A stretch of DNA of 59,431 bases, the filler included, from Xylographa opegraphella (Eukaryota), in assembly GCA_022813865.1 (NCBI GenBank). It is 10 parts of 10 records of this genome, joined end to end, with 100 filler letters (N's around TTAATTAATTAA, not from the genome) between each part and the next. Parts side by side here need not be neighbours in the genome. Positions count along the whole stretch, not along the records: positions 1 to 5,956 come from JALDZX010000221.1; positions 6,057 to 11,993 come from JALDZX010000222.1; positions 12,094 to 18,021 come from JALDZX010000223.1; 7 more parts are not named here. One strand, given 5' to 3'. Positions 1 to 12,155 of this stretch are shown here, piece by piece. The notes under the pieces are model-generated. The model had not been told where the DNA came from. It searched no databases and saw nothing but the letters and a program-made list of their open reading frames with translations. Numbering within the stretch: position 1 is the first letter of the stretch; every line of letters begins with the position of its first letter. The position numbers and the translations under genes were made by a program.

Positions 1-60
1 TTGACGAATCCAACCCAGATCCCTAATCGAACTATACTAGTGAGAGGCAGGATCGTAACA
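1..60. mobile_element. LTR end fragment, family A (contig-terminal)
   Basis: Ends in ...GATCGTAACA. Near-identical copies at 30147-30209 and 53742-53802, always at contig starts where the assembly broke. Confidence 0.75.
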
Positions 61-1860
61 CTGCCTCCGTATTTATAGCAAAATAAAAAATTTTACAACC
101 TTTTCTTATATATTCGTATTTATAGCAGTTATAACATTATAATATTTTATATTTTTTTTAAAATATTTATATTTATATTTTTAATACGATTTAAATAATT
201 CGTAGTTTAATACACGATTAATTATTGCTTCGTTAATTACTTTTACGATAATTAATAAAAAAAATTTATCGCCGTTAATTACCTTTTTAAGCCAAATTAT
301 TTTAAAAAACTTTCAGGCTCGAATAAAACCTTTTATTTTTTCATAATCTTTTTTCGAAAGTTTTTTAATTTTTAATATTTAATATAATTCGAATTTTATA
401 CATTAATATAAAAAAAATTTCGACGTAAAATTCACGTGAACGCTGCGAATTTCTTAATTTATTTTTAATTTATTTTTGATTTATTTCTTATATTTATATT
501 TATCGCGTAAATTATTATATTATCGCTAAAAAAACGCCTAACAAACATTATTAACTTTTTTAAATCTTTTTATTTTCAAAATTTATAACAGTTAAATCGA
601 GTTTTTATTTTTTTATTTAACCTTTATTTTTCGCCGCCTTTATTTTTATTTTTATTATAATTTTATTTTACTTTTTTAATTAAAAAAACTTTTATTATCC
701 ATTTATTTTCTTTTTTTTCTACAATTATATTTATTTAAATACGTATTTTTAAACTTGACTGGTTTTATTAAATGCTCGAGGTTGTTAATAAAAGATTTTG
801 CTTCATTATTTCAAATAAATTAACGATTTATTTATTTATATTTTTTTTCTTAAATTGCGCGAACTCGATACTATTTTAACGTCTTATAAAATAATATTTA
901 ATAAGTATATTTTTAAAAAAAGTTTATAGAATTTATACTTATTTTTTTTATATTTTTTTAACAATATATTAATTATTTTTAAACTTATCGCGTATTTTAT
1001 ACTATTAATATAATTAAATCAACGCGTTGAAATTGAAATATTGTAAGCATTTTACGTCTTCTATCGCAAAAAGCGTAAAAAATACGTTAAAAAATTATCA
1101 CTATACGTATAATAATTAAATTCACTGTAATATGATTATATTTTAAGAATTTGCTTTATTTCTTGCGTAGTTGTTTTGATTATTTTAATAATTAATTATA
1201 TAAATTAATGATTAAATTTGCGTATAATAACTGTTATAATTATATTCGATTTAAATACTTTAATCGACTCGATAATTTATAAAAATAAAAATAACGATTA
1301 AATTAAGTAACAATAAAATTTAACAATGATTAAATTTATAATTAATTCGAGTTTATAATTTATTAAAAAATATAATAAATACTAATAACGCAGTAAATAT
1401 TTTATATAAAATTTATAAATAAATAAATAAATTATATTAATTACAAAAAATAATAAAATTATGTACCCGAGTACTAGCGTCGCCGGGTTTATAACGATTC
1501 AAATTCTCGTTTAATAATTTTCGTTATTTTGCAAATAAACAGAAACTTTATTCTCCATATTAATATTAAATTAAATATTTATATCAAAATAATTACGTAA
1601 ATACTTTACATTTTCGCCAACGCGATTTAATTAAAATAAAAAAACGATAAATACGTTTCTCGGAGACGAATTAAATACGGCGGTGATTTAAATATCGTTA
1701 AAAAATTTATCGACAAAGATTATAATAAATATAATTATTAATTATTTGCGATATAAACGCATTCGGGGGTTGCGTAATTACAATATAATAATTATTTAAA
1801 AATATATTAATAAAAGCGATTTTAATATATTAATATAAATTCAATGCGATTTAGCGCCCC
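61..1860. repeat. AT-rich, RIP-like degenerated repeat DNA
   Basis: Extremely AT-rich and TpA-rich, with residual C/G mostly in CpG. Similar blocks at about 4220-7960, 10450-11930, 18420-18800, 22960-25680, 29040-30480, 41290-43500, 48240-49290, 53420-55970 and 57890-58460. Confidence 0.85.
1361..1559 (-). mobile_element. Heavily mutated family E LTR relic
   Basis: Aligns by eye to 18235-18417 mostly through C>T/G>A changes (ACTAGCGTCGCCGGGTTTATAACGATTCAAATTCTCG vs ACTAGCGTCACCGGGCCTACGGCGGCCCGAGCTCTCG). Includes the 14-nt duplication also present in the 42355 copy. Confidence 0.75.
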
Positions 1861-2100
1861 GCTAGAGTTCAATCTTTGAATCAAAATTTATCCCTGTTTA
1901 CGCAGCGCGATTTGCTTACATGGGCGCTGAAGGTGTTTAATGCAGAAAGTGATGCGATTTTGGTTATTATTTATCTCCCTATTTACTCCTTGAACGGCCC
2001 CTTTACATTTTCTTCTCATGCGATCCCTAGACGGTCAAAACTACCGCTGCGTTTGACCTTGGCTTTCGATGACTATTTACATATAGTTCTGTCTGTGCTC

Positions 2101-3986
2101 TTAGTCTAATCCGTCAGGATCATATGCCATTTCTGTCCCATCAACGTCTGGATAATAGTCAATAATTCCGCCCGGCTTGATGATCCCTGTTCGATCATAC
2201 CACGTCCGCGCCCGCAGATATGGATCAAGCCGCCAGTAGCCTTTTCGTAACTCTTCCGCGAGCGAATTTCTCTTCTGCTCAACTCCTGTATCTGTTTGTG
2301 GCGCACTTCGTATCCACTTTTGCGTTGCATTTTCAAAGTCCTTGACGACTGTTGCCCGCTCATCTAGGAGGCGATGGCGAGTGGTATCGTCCTTCATTCT
2401 CTCATTCTCATCAGGCTGTGGCTCGGTATATGAAAAGGTCCAAGGATCGTCACCACCAAGCTCGGTGGGTATATGGTTAAGGGAGATGAAATGCGAGAGC
2501 TCATCGATGGTTTTAGTGAAGTGCACTTTGTTAGCAACGACAGGATCAAGCCAGCCTTTAATGATGGTCCAGATACCTTTGAGGATCGAACTTAGATAAT
2601 TGATTAATGGAGGATATACAAGCTAGTGGCTTACCTTGAAACACCCATGGGGATTTGTGGACAAGCACCACCCCGAGACTTTCAGGATAGTTTGCTTCAA
2701 AGCACTTGATCATAAATTTGACGGGCGCGTAGTCCTTTAGAGATTCAGCAATTGCAGAATATAAAGAGACTGCTTTCTTACCATATTTGCCATTGAAAAG
2801 CCTGTCATATCGAACACGATTGTCTGCCAAATATGTTAGTCTATAAAACTTGATGCACCAGGGAACGTACAGCAGAATCCACTGGAGGCGACAAGAGAAG
2901 CCTCGCGGTCTCAATTATGTGCACAGTAACCCTCTCTAGACTGGCTTCGCTCTGCTCCCCCGCTCTGTGCAATCTTGCGCGAACCACGCAAATTGGTCGA
3001 CCCTCCTTGTCGCATCCGTGCAGGAAACTTTTCCCCAGCCTCATTATCTTCATGAAATCCTCCCCCTCTTTCTTCAAGGGCCCTGTCGACTCCGTTGCAT
3101 CCTTGTAAGCAGCAGCTTCACCATTATACATGATATCGTCATCAACGTGCATGTCGTGGGACCGCCATTGCATCGTGGACACCATCATGACGAGTGCTTT
3201 CTCGACATCCCATTTCCTGGCTCGCAGAAAACGAAGTAACAGTCCATCCGGATGATCGTGTTTCACCATTCTCCAGAATGCTTCTCTAAGGTCTTGAGGA
3301 GACTGTGTTGCAAGAGCTTGTTGAAACTCCTTTGTCTGACCATACTTATCGTCGGGATCCGGTATGCTGCTATGTACGCTCACTTCGTCTTTATCTCCCG
3401 AGTGGCCTTTTCTCCGCCGAAACAGACCCTTTCTCTTACTCTTCTTCTCGGAATTGAGCGTGTTGGTGTGCTCCGAAGGATCATCCTCATTGTCGCCATT
3501 TATACTGCCGTCAACACATCCTCGGGCATAAACTTCGCCTAGATCAAGAACGCCAAAGACCCTAAGTGTTGCTTTCCAGAATTCTTGAAGCTTTGCTTCC
3601 TGTTCGACGGTTAAATTCCCAGGTCTACCAGGTGGTAAAGTGCCGACCATGGTCCAGCTCTCTGCCGCTTCTATAGGCTTTCTAAGCTCCTCTGCAACTG
3701 TATGATAGGATTGGTCCTGGGATCTGCGATATACAACCATCGAACCACCGAGTAGGCAGCCACAAAGGATGAAAGTGATTGCGCTCAGTCCAATGTCACT
3801 CTTTTGCGTGTAATGGAGCCTTGCTTGGGAATGACTCTGCGAACACGAGCGGGCGCCTATTAGAATCCGACAAGTAAGCTTGTGGTATGATGGCTGGTTA
3901 ATGGGCAAACTCGGATTGATTTTCACAGTAAACGGAGCAACATCGGAGGGTGGATATAAACGCCGAGCGAGGAGACGCGAGGACAT
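2101..3986 (-). CDS. CSR1: CRAL-TRIO/Sec14-family phosphatidylinositol transfer protein, CSR1-like (4 exons)
   Basis: Motifs PGRPGNLT, DHPDGLLLRFLRARKWDVEKA, FDMTGFSMANM|DYAPVKFMIKCFEANYPESLG, WLDPVVANKVHF and IPTELGG, joined across GT-AG introns near 2870-2823, 2780-2735 and 2634-2577. Alternative start at 3650. Confidence 0.88.
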
Positions 3987-4686
3987 ATATGTCGGACTGT
4001 GATAATTGTATCGACGTGCAGAACATCCAGTATACGAATCCCGGTTTTTACGAGGAGCAAGAGACGTCAGGTAACTATTGTGGTACAGGGCGAGGACACA
4101 AGCGGGTGGTTAGCGCGGTCAGCGACAGGGAAGGAAACAAGGATCACCGCCCGGTTGTATATCATATCACTACAAAAACGTCGAGAAAACTACGCCTCTT
4201 CCCCGCGATGATGTAACATTTAAATTCGATAAAAACCTGGTTTATTATTTTATTAGCCTTTGTTTTAAAATAATCAACGTTATTATTAAATATTAACAAA
4301 AAGTAGAAATGAAAATTCGATCAAAAAATGTACTTTTCGCTCGTTTAGCAGTTCAGCAGATTTGATATAAAAATTAAAATTTTAATATACTTTTCGTACG
4401 TTCAGTACGTTTAATACGTTCAATAAATATATTATTATAGTTAATACGCTTTATATATTAAAATTATTTTATTATTTAACGTATATTTTATTTTTTATTT
4501 TCATTTTATATTATAAACGCAATAATTGCGATCAATACAATATTTATATTATTTATCATTTTAAATTATTTTATAGTATATATAATTAATGTATCTACTG
4601 CGATTAATATAATTCGTATTTTAGTTATTATTTTAATTTACTTTTTATTATATAAAATTGATATATATACCGCGATCAATATGATT

Positions 4687-4877
4687 TGTTAATTGGTAGA
4701 AGCATCACTTGCTGGTAGGCATAAAGGAATACCTGAAGGCTAGTTCTATTTATGTATAGCGTAGTTCAGTACTAGCGTAGGAGGTATATGTCACGTTCTC
4801 GTGGCCTATACCGAACTTCACCGAATATACGATTACTGTTGCCCCCGCCCTGATCCAAATACACGTGCCTTTTAATA
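4687..4877. mobile_element. Solo LTR, family B (191 bp)
   Basis: TGTTAATTGG...CCTTTTAATA; near-identical to 10697-10887 (reverse complement) and 23521-23711. No matching TSD at this copy. Confidence 0.8.
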
Positions 4878-5897
4878 ATTATAAATAATTGACTTTTTAA
4901 AAATATTCGTAATAATATAAAATTACGAATTCGTCGAAGAATAAATAATAATAATAATTTTTAAATATAAAATATTTTACGTTTTATTGAACGTTAATTA
5001 ATGAATAATACGTTTATAGATTCGAGCCCGAAAGTATTTAAAGATTAATATATAATATTTATATCAATGAAAAGTTTATTAATTGTTTTATATAGCGAAT
5101 TTAACGTTTTAAAATAAATTCGAATATCGTAAATTTATTTATTATTTTAACGTTACATTTCATTCTTTTTATACACGTTTTGCTACGCAATATTATTTAC
5201 TATTATAAAAAAATGTAAAAAATAATAAAACCGAATAAGTATTAAAATAAATAATAAATAATATTATCGTTATATATATATTAGCTTAAAATATAATTGA
5301 TTAAAATCGTTTGAAAAACGAATAATATAAAATAAGTAAGAGAAAATAAAATAAAATATTTATTAAATTATTTAAACAAGTACAAAATTATATTAAATAT
5401 ATACTATGAATTTTTAAATTTATCTGTAGTTTATATATTTAATTTGATTTTAAACGATAAGAAAATTTTAAATAATCTTAAATATAATATAAATTTTATA
5501 ATTAGTTTAAATTTAAGTTTATGATATAAAATTCGATTTTATCGCGTAAAATAAATACAAATAATCAATTAATCGAGCGTACGTAAATAAATAATATTAA
5601 AATTAAAATTAAATAATAATTTACGATAAAAACGCTCTTGCATTAATTTATCGCTTTAAAAATATAAATTAACGTATTGAATAAAATTATCAATAAATTA
5701 ATAGTAATCAACGAGTCGTTTAATTATAAATTAAAAAAATTAAAATTATTTAAAAAAAATATTATTTATACTTTATATAATACATTATTAATAGTAATTA
5801 TATCATTAGCAAAAGGAATTCTTGCTACAAATTCAAAATTTTTAAATTCGGTCAAAAAGCATGTTTTTTGCGCATTTAGCACATTTAGCACGTTTAA

Positions 5898-5956
5898 TGT
5901 AACGGCGTGTTACATGGCACCTTAACAAGTGATAGACGGAACGGGACTAAAGCGCG
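5898..5956. mobile_element. LTR end fragment, family C (contig-terminal)
   Basis: Begins TGTAACGGCGTGTTACA. Same sequence at 11932-11993, 23989-24048 and, inverted, 24149-24212. Confidence 0.75.
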
Positions 5957-6056
5957 NNNNNNNNNNNNNNNNNNNNNNNNNNNNNNNNNNNNNNNNNNNN
6001 TTAATTAATTAANNNNNNNNNNNNNNNNNNNNNNNNNNNNNNNNNNNNNNNNNNNN
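5957..6056. other. Artificial contig-joining spacer (44N-TTAATTAATTAA-44N)
   Basis: Identical 100-nt spacer, with stops in all six frames, also at 11994-12093, 18022-18121, 24049-24148, 30047-30146, 35979-36078, 41898-41997, 47788-47887 and 53642-53741. Intervening contigs decrease monotonically in length. Confidence 0.98.
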
Positions 6057-6120
6057 TTATCGTCATTATTATCGTCATTATTATCGTCATTATTATCGTC
6101 ATTATTATCGTCATTATTAT
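6057..6120. repeat. 12-bp tandem repeat (TTATCGTCATTA)n
   Basis: About five direct copies at the contig start. Confidence 0.9.
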
Positions 6121-8836
6121 TGCTTAAAATCGTATCGCTAAAATCTTTATTTCAAAAAAGTTACTAAATTTTTAATTTTTAATTATTTAACGATTTGGTG
6201 AAATTATAAAAAGAATTTCGAGTTTTACTTTTTTAAGTTTTACTTATATATACTATTATTATTATTTCATCGCGACGACCCTGAAATAGACGAAAATTGG
6301 TTATATATTATTATTTTATTGAATTTAAAATGCTATTATAAAAATTTTCAATAAATTTTGCGTAAAAAATTTAAAACGTAATAAATTAAACGTAATCGTA
6401 ATAAATAAATTGATTTTAATATATTAAAAGCGAGCTCGAACGTACTTTAATAGTTAAATTTTAACGAAAGGTTTAAATAATTTCTACGGCATAAAAAACT
6501 CTTGAATATTAATAAATATAGCGATAAAGTTAAAACTTTTAAAGGCGTAAAAATTACGATTATTACAATTCGAATACTGTTTATAATTTTTTACTCCATT
6601 TTTAAAGCAAGAGATGTTTTAGATTATAATAATTTAATGACTATTATTTAAAGGAAAAATAAATAGTAAAAATTAATAAAAAGTTTTTAGTAGATACGTT
6701 TTCGTAAAACGAAAAAATAATAAAAAAAATGTGAATAAATTGAAATAATTGGCTTATTCTCTACCTTTATACGCAGAAATTTGGTAAATAATTTAAAGAT
6801 AAAACGAAGGTAATCAAATAAGGTAAACAAGAATTTAAAGTAATTAATTTAAAAAAAAGGAAGTAAAATAAACCAGGATTTCTATAATTAGTTAAAATAA
6901 TAAAACAATTCGAGAATATTTAATTAAAAATTTACGAAATATTAAATTCGAAATGGTTAATTCTTGTTGAAGCTAGTACGATAAACTTAGTACAGTAAAA
7001 TTAATACTACGATTAAAAATAAATTATAAAAAAAATATAAATATCCGATAAAAAATTCGATCGTACGGATTTATTTAAATTATAAAAACAGAGCTGTAAA
7101 AATACGAAAATAATCAACGAATTTAATAAAACATCGATTTAAAGAAATAATAATAAAGTTTTAAAAAGATTTTTATTAAATTATTTTAATATCGAGTTTG
7201 TGAAAACGAATTTTTATCGCAGCTGATACGATAAAATTAATACAAAAAAATAAATACTGTAATCAAAAATGAATTATTAAAAGTATAAAGATTTAATGAA
7301 TATTTTTATTAAATATAATTCAAATAATTTTATCGAAGAGGCTAAATCTTTATAAAATCGTATTTTGAAATAATTAATTTAGGCGGCGAAGTTTAAATTA
7401 AATTAAAGCGATTATATTAATAAACGTATTTTTAATAATTTTTAAAGGATTTTAATAATTAAATAGTATTATTATATATTACAAGTACGGCTAAAAGTAA
7501 AGTAAATATAATAAAAAATAAAACTTTATAATGTCGAAAGTTTTATTTATATATATATAAAGTTTTCTAATTCGGTAGAAAACTCTTTATTAAACAACGA
7601 AATAGGGCAAAAGCCTTGTAACCAGGCAGGCAGGCAAACAGGCAGATAAGCAGGCCAAAGCCCTGCAGATCATGACTGTAACATTTATTTATATAATTAT
7701 TGAATAAATTCCTCGATAAATCGATTAAAATCGATATTACAAAATTGTATGAATATTATTATTATATACGTAAATTATAAATTTAAAACTACGTATTAAA
7801 ATTTTCGTGTGATTATACTTTTAACGCTATTTAATAATAATATATTTATATATTTTAATCTCGAATTAATAAACGCTCGAGTGATTAAATAATTTTGTTT
7901 AATTTAATAATAATTTAATTCTAGTAAAAATAAACTAAAAATGGCTAATGCGTATATTACGTTACGAGTTAAAAATTAGGGCTATTGGTTTAAATCCTCC
8001 AGGTGTTGATTTTTTGGGGGCTCTGTGGCTACACTACGCTGTAGTTTTAGCGAGATGTCTCTTACGCTGGACTATTTTTCTATACCTATGCGTTAATCGA
8101 ACAAGAACACTACTTTGACAACCATATCTGGGGCGACTTTTGCTGCTGAAGTAGCGTCGTAGTGCATTATAAATACAATGGCACCTGTAAGTCTGCTGCT
8201 TCCTGGCCGTGGTTACAACGCACGATCACCATTGAGACATTGTCACTGTTGACGCTTTTTTATTTCCTGAACAATAACATCTTGATTGCACGAGGCGCAG
8301 GATCTGTGTATTGTGTTCCACGCGGTAATGACCTGGAAACGCGCCGCAAATGTGACACTTATTCAAGCCAAGTCATGGTTTCCAAGGGCTTTTCTGGAGG
8401 TCCATTGATCGCCGAGGACAGCAGCACTTTCAGCAGTTGGAGTATCATTTTCACATCGCCCGCAGGACATGCGACTATCCTTCGCGCTGCAAGTATGCTA
8501 CTGTCTCGGATACTCTTCGACATTCGTCACTGGTACATCTGTACCATTACGTTAGTAAATCGCTCCTATACAATAGAATGTCGATCGCCGCCCAGTGCTC
8601 GGGCAAAGTGTTTGTATGCAGATGGCTTGTCCTCGAACAGGGTTATGTATGAACAAAAATCCGCATCGCACGAAGGCCGAGGAGTTAAAATTTCCCACTA
8701 TGAGCCAACGATTCAGCGAGCTGCACTTTGATACGCGAGCCAAGTTCATACATTGGTTTTTATGTTATTTGTAATATACTGAAATAGAATATGTCGTTAT
8801 TGGTGGGAAAAGGCTGATTACGTCTGCTCCAACTAG

Positions 8837-10291
8837 TTACGAAATAACCGCGCAAGCAACCGCACAGCTCGTGGTCTAGTCGATCATGATGCTATGGAAG
8901 GGCTTCCTGTCCGTCAATGGCGGAAGATTCCCGCAGTAGTCACTACTGCCCTTCCGCGCGACAATCCAAGCATTGCAAACACGTGGAACGCAGGATGGCA
9001 GGAGTTAGCCATGCCGAGAGGGTCCGAATTATATCCTCCTATGAGTCAAGCACTTCTTCGAGCTGCGAGGATCGGCCAGGCTAATCGAACAAAGCCTACC
9101 CCATCAGAGGACGAGAAAGAACCTGGAGAAGACGACGACGCTGAAGGGGATATAGATACCGGATATGTGGCAGTCAAGTGGTCACAAGTCCCGAAGGAAC
9201 TTGAAGAACCAGAGCTGGAGTTTCTTGCAAAGAGAAGAAAAGGACTGCCATCCGTTTACGGAGGCAACATTGGACACCATGGATCCGTTAGCCAAATGCG
9301 AAAAGTGAAGGTAAGGAGGGTGGATGCAGAAGGTGATTCGTACGTCTGGGATGTGCTTGTGCCTGAGGGTATCGTTGTTGAAGGAGAAATCGTGGAAGGT
9401 GACGGAGTCACGACCGAGGCGCCAGCTCCAGGGACCGTGATCGAAGGAGTAGGTATTGCAAATACTGAAGGTGTGGTTATTGTTGGGGACCTGGTAACAC
9501 CGATACCTCCTCGAAGGCGCCCACCCCCTCCGAAACGGAAGGTAAAGGGTCCTGGCCGAGGGCGAAAGAAAAGATCCAGCAATGTTGATAATGGAGCTGC
9601 AAATAGTGTTATGTTCCAAACCTTAGGATCTACGATCGAAGGCGGAATTGGCCTGCCAGATGCAGCTAAACAATTCGACGGGGCTTACCCCGATGATCGA
9701 AACGAAGATAGTGAAATGGTCGACGAATCTGTAATGCAGGACGGCGAAGAAGGCAGCGACGAAGATGAGGACGAAGGCGACGAAGGCGACGACGTCGAGG
9801 ACAGGGATCGGGAAGAAGGAGAACTGTCTCCATCTCCCAATATCAATGATCTAGGCTTGATTGCTGGTTCTCCGCTTGAACCACCTCCATCAACTATCAT
9901 GGATCCCCACCAAACCCCTCAAGCCCTCGATACAAGCTGTCTGAGCGTTACACAATCCCAGAGCAGCAGAGAGCTCTCGAGTTCTCCTGATTTACCATTA
10001 GCATCCGAACAAGTCATCATCCTCCCAGAGGTTACTATCAGTCTGGCCTCGAAAACGCCTGTGCTCCCACGGCCATTATTATTGCTTGAGTCTGTTGGTA
10101 CTGCTGAGCCGATGGCAATAGACCAATCTGGAGCTATCTCATCCGCGACAGTCAAGTTGCCGACTGAGCACAATCAGCTGGACGGTTTGGCAACGCCACA
10201 AATTGCAGAGGTTGATCAGAAGCTTTGCAAAGGCGCCGGAGGATCCGATCTGTTTGGAAGCCTCGAGAGGCACCTGAACGAGAAAAGTTGA
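8837..10291 (+). CDS. Conserved fungal protein of unknown function (acidic/low-complexity); 5' exon not resolved
   Basis: 465-aa ORF extends in frame upstream to an acceptor-like CTAG at 8833-8836 (LRNNRASNRTARGLVDHDAMEGLPVRQWRK). Contains RRRPPPPKRKVKGPGRGRKK, an acidic tract and a C-terminal DLFGSLERHL. Confidence 0.8.
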   Translation, partial: LRNNRASNRTARGLVDHDAMEGLPVRQWRKIPAVVTTALPRDNPSIANTWNAGWQELAMPRGSELYPPMSQALLRAARIGQANRTKPTPSEDEKEPGEDDDAEGDIDTGYVAVKWSQVPKELEEPELEFLAKRRKGLPSVYGGNIGHHGSVSQMRKVKVRRVDAEGDSYVWDVLVPEGIVVEGEIVEGDGVTTEAPAPGTVIEGVGIANTEGVVIVGDLVTPIPPRRRPPPPKRKVKGPGRGRKKRSSNVDNGAANSVMFQTLGSTIEGGIGLPDAAKQFDGAYPDDRNEDSEMVDESVMQDGEEGSDEDEDEGDEGDDVEDRDREEGELSPSPNINDLGLIAGSPLEPPPSTIMDPHQTPQALDTSCLSVTQSQSSRELSSSPDLPLASEQVIILPEVTISLASKTPVLPRPLLLLESVGTAEPMAIDQSGAISSATVKLPTEHNQLDGLATPQIAEVDQKLCKGAGGSDLFGSLERHLNEKS

Positions 10292-10696
10292 GAGTTCATC
10301 CTGCAGAAAGAAACAGGTTGATATTGTAATGTGGAAAAGATTAAAGGGACTACTAGGAGAAGTGCGGCTTATGTCGAGTTCTTTACACAGACCCATGTAT
10401 GAGGCGAAGAATTTGAGTGAAAGTAAAACGGGAGTTCAGAGAAAGAGAGAGTTGAAAAAATATATTTAATATATTTTAAATATTCGTTTAATCATGAAGT
10501 TAGTAATTCATATAAAATTGTTATTCGAAACGAGCGTCTCGAACGATTTCGATAAAAATAATAAATCACGCGAGCGCAACGAATAAAAATAACATTCAAA
10601 TTCTGTTTAATAGAATCTTATATTTTTTTCAAAAGAATTTATTATATCGATATTAAAATCTTGATCAAGTGATTTAATTCGTTAATTTAAACATTA

Positions 10697-10887
10697 TATT
10701 AAAAGGCACGTGTATTTGGATCAGGGCGGGGGCAACAGTAATCGTATATTCGGTGAAGTTCGGTATAGGCCACGAGAACGTGACATATACCTCCTACGCT
10801 AGTACTGAACTACGCTATACATAAATAGAACTAGCCTTCAGGTATTCCTTTATGCCTAACAGCAAGTGATGCTTCTACCAATTAACA
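10697..10887. mobile_element. Solo LTR, family B, with 5-bp TSD CATTA
   Basis: Reverse complement of 4687-4877; CATTA at 10692-10696 and 10888-10892. Confidence 0.88.
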
Positions 10888-11519
10888 CATTAAAACATTA
10901 TTTGCAAATTATTTCGAGAAATTTATAATTATAATATAATATATTTTTCACGCGTAAATTTATTATCGTAAATCATAAAATGAGTTTTTATTATAAAATC
11001 GTAAATCGTTATAATATTATAATTTTTTATTTTAATTATAAAAAGAATTTTGTCATATAATAGTTCGTTAAAAATTAATTTGAAAATTTGAAAACTTTTA
11101 TAAAAATTTAAATAATTTTTTAACGTTTACGTTAAAGAAAACTATTATAAAATTTGTAATATTTACACTTTTAAATTGATAATTTTATTATACTTTTAAA
11201 TTGATAATTTTCATCAGCGATATTAATTTTTTATAAAAAATTTCAAATAATTATTCATATTTTACGAGTATATATATCGTTGAATTTACGTTCATTTTTT
11301 TGTAACATAAATTTATTAAACATTTTCAATAAATTAAAAGTATTTAAATTAATTGAAAATATCGATTAATAATTAAAAAGTTACGAGCGTTATATTAACG
11401 CGTTTATTAGAAATATAAATATAAACTTTTTGAATAACGAAAATTAATAATTTCGATATATATCGACGTCGTGTTTTTAAATATAATTAAAGCGTTAATA
11501 AAAAACTTGCTATTTATTA

Positions 11520-11925
11520 CATTAGCAAAAAGAATTCTAGCTTAAATTTTAAAGTTTTATAAATCGATCAAAAAGTATACTTCTTACGTATTTAACACAT
11601 TTAATACGTTTAACACGTTCAGTAAAAAAAACTATTTTTTACTTTTTTAATGAAAATATTTATATTTAAAATACGTTTTGAATACGTTTTAAATACGTTT
11701 TTAATACATTTTTAATACGTTTCTAAAATATAGCTAAAAATAACTAAAAATTAAAAATAGAATAGATTTTAAAATTTTGAATTAAGGATTATTATTCGTA
11801 AATATTTATTAATGTTAAAATTCTACGAATATTCAACGTAATTTGAAAATTTTAACGAATTTAAATTTTTGACGTACAATTAATTTAATTAGGTATTTAT
11901 ATTATTTAAATAAATTTAGTAAAGG
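11520..11925 (+). repeat. Degenerate dispersed repeat (~400 bp), possible non-autonomous DNA element
   Basis: Shares its start (ATTAGCAAAA.GAATTCT), 9-nt internal repeats (TTAGCACGT-like) and 3' part with 58134-58458. 5' parts recur at 5803-5897 and 23310-23500. Confidence 0.6.
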
Positions 11926-11931
11926 GCCTGC

Positions 11932-11993
11932 TGTAACGGCGTGTTACATGGCACCTTAACAAGTGATAGACGGAACGGGACTAAAGCGCGTCC
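11932..11993. mobile_element. LTR end fragment, family C
   Basis: Identical to 5898-5956 over their shared length. Confidence 0.75.
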
Positions 11994-12093
11994 NNNNNNN
12001 NNNNNNNNNNNNNNNNNNNNNNNNNNNNNNNNNNNNNTTAATTAATTAANNNNNNNNNNNNNNNNNNNNNNNNNNNNNNNNNNNNNNNNNNNN

Positions 12094-12153
<60 letters not shown>
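12094..12153 (+). repeat. Poly-G run at contig start
   Basis: 60 consecutive G; true length unknown. Confidence 0.8.

Positions 12154-12155
<2 letters not shown>

Noticed and set aside
7617..7683. 67-bp GC-rich TGTAAC...GTAACA segment with CAGG repeats as a mini-element
   Set aside because: Single copy, no TSD; probably an LTR remnant but not supportable from this window.
8162..8749. 189-aa plus-strand ORF and a minus-strand TACTAAC...CAG acceptor as a gene or spliced ncRNA
   Set aside because: No ATG start and no recognisable protein or RNA motif; I could not build a consistent gene model.
12094..12153. Poly-G as a G-quadruplex or telomeric feature
   Set aside because: Homopolymer at a contig end with unreliable length; possibly a sequencing artefact.
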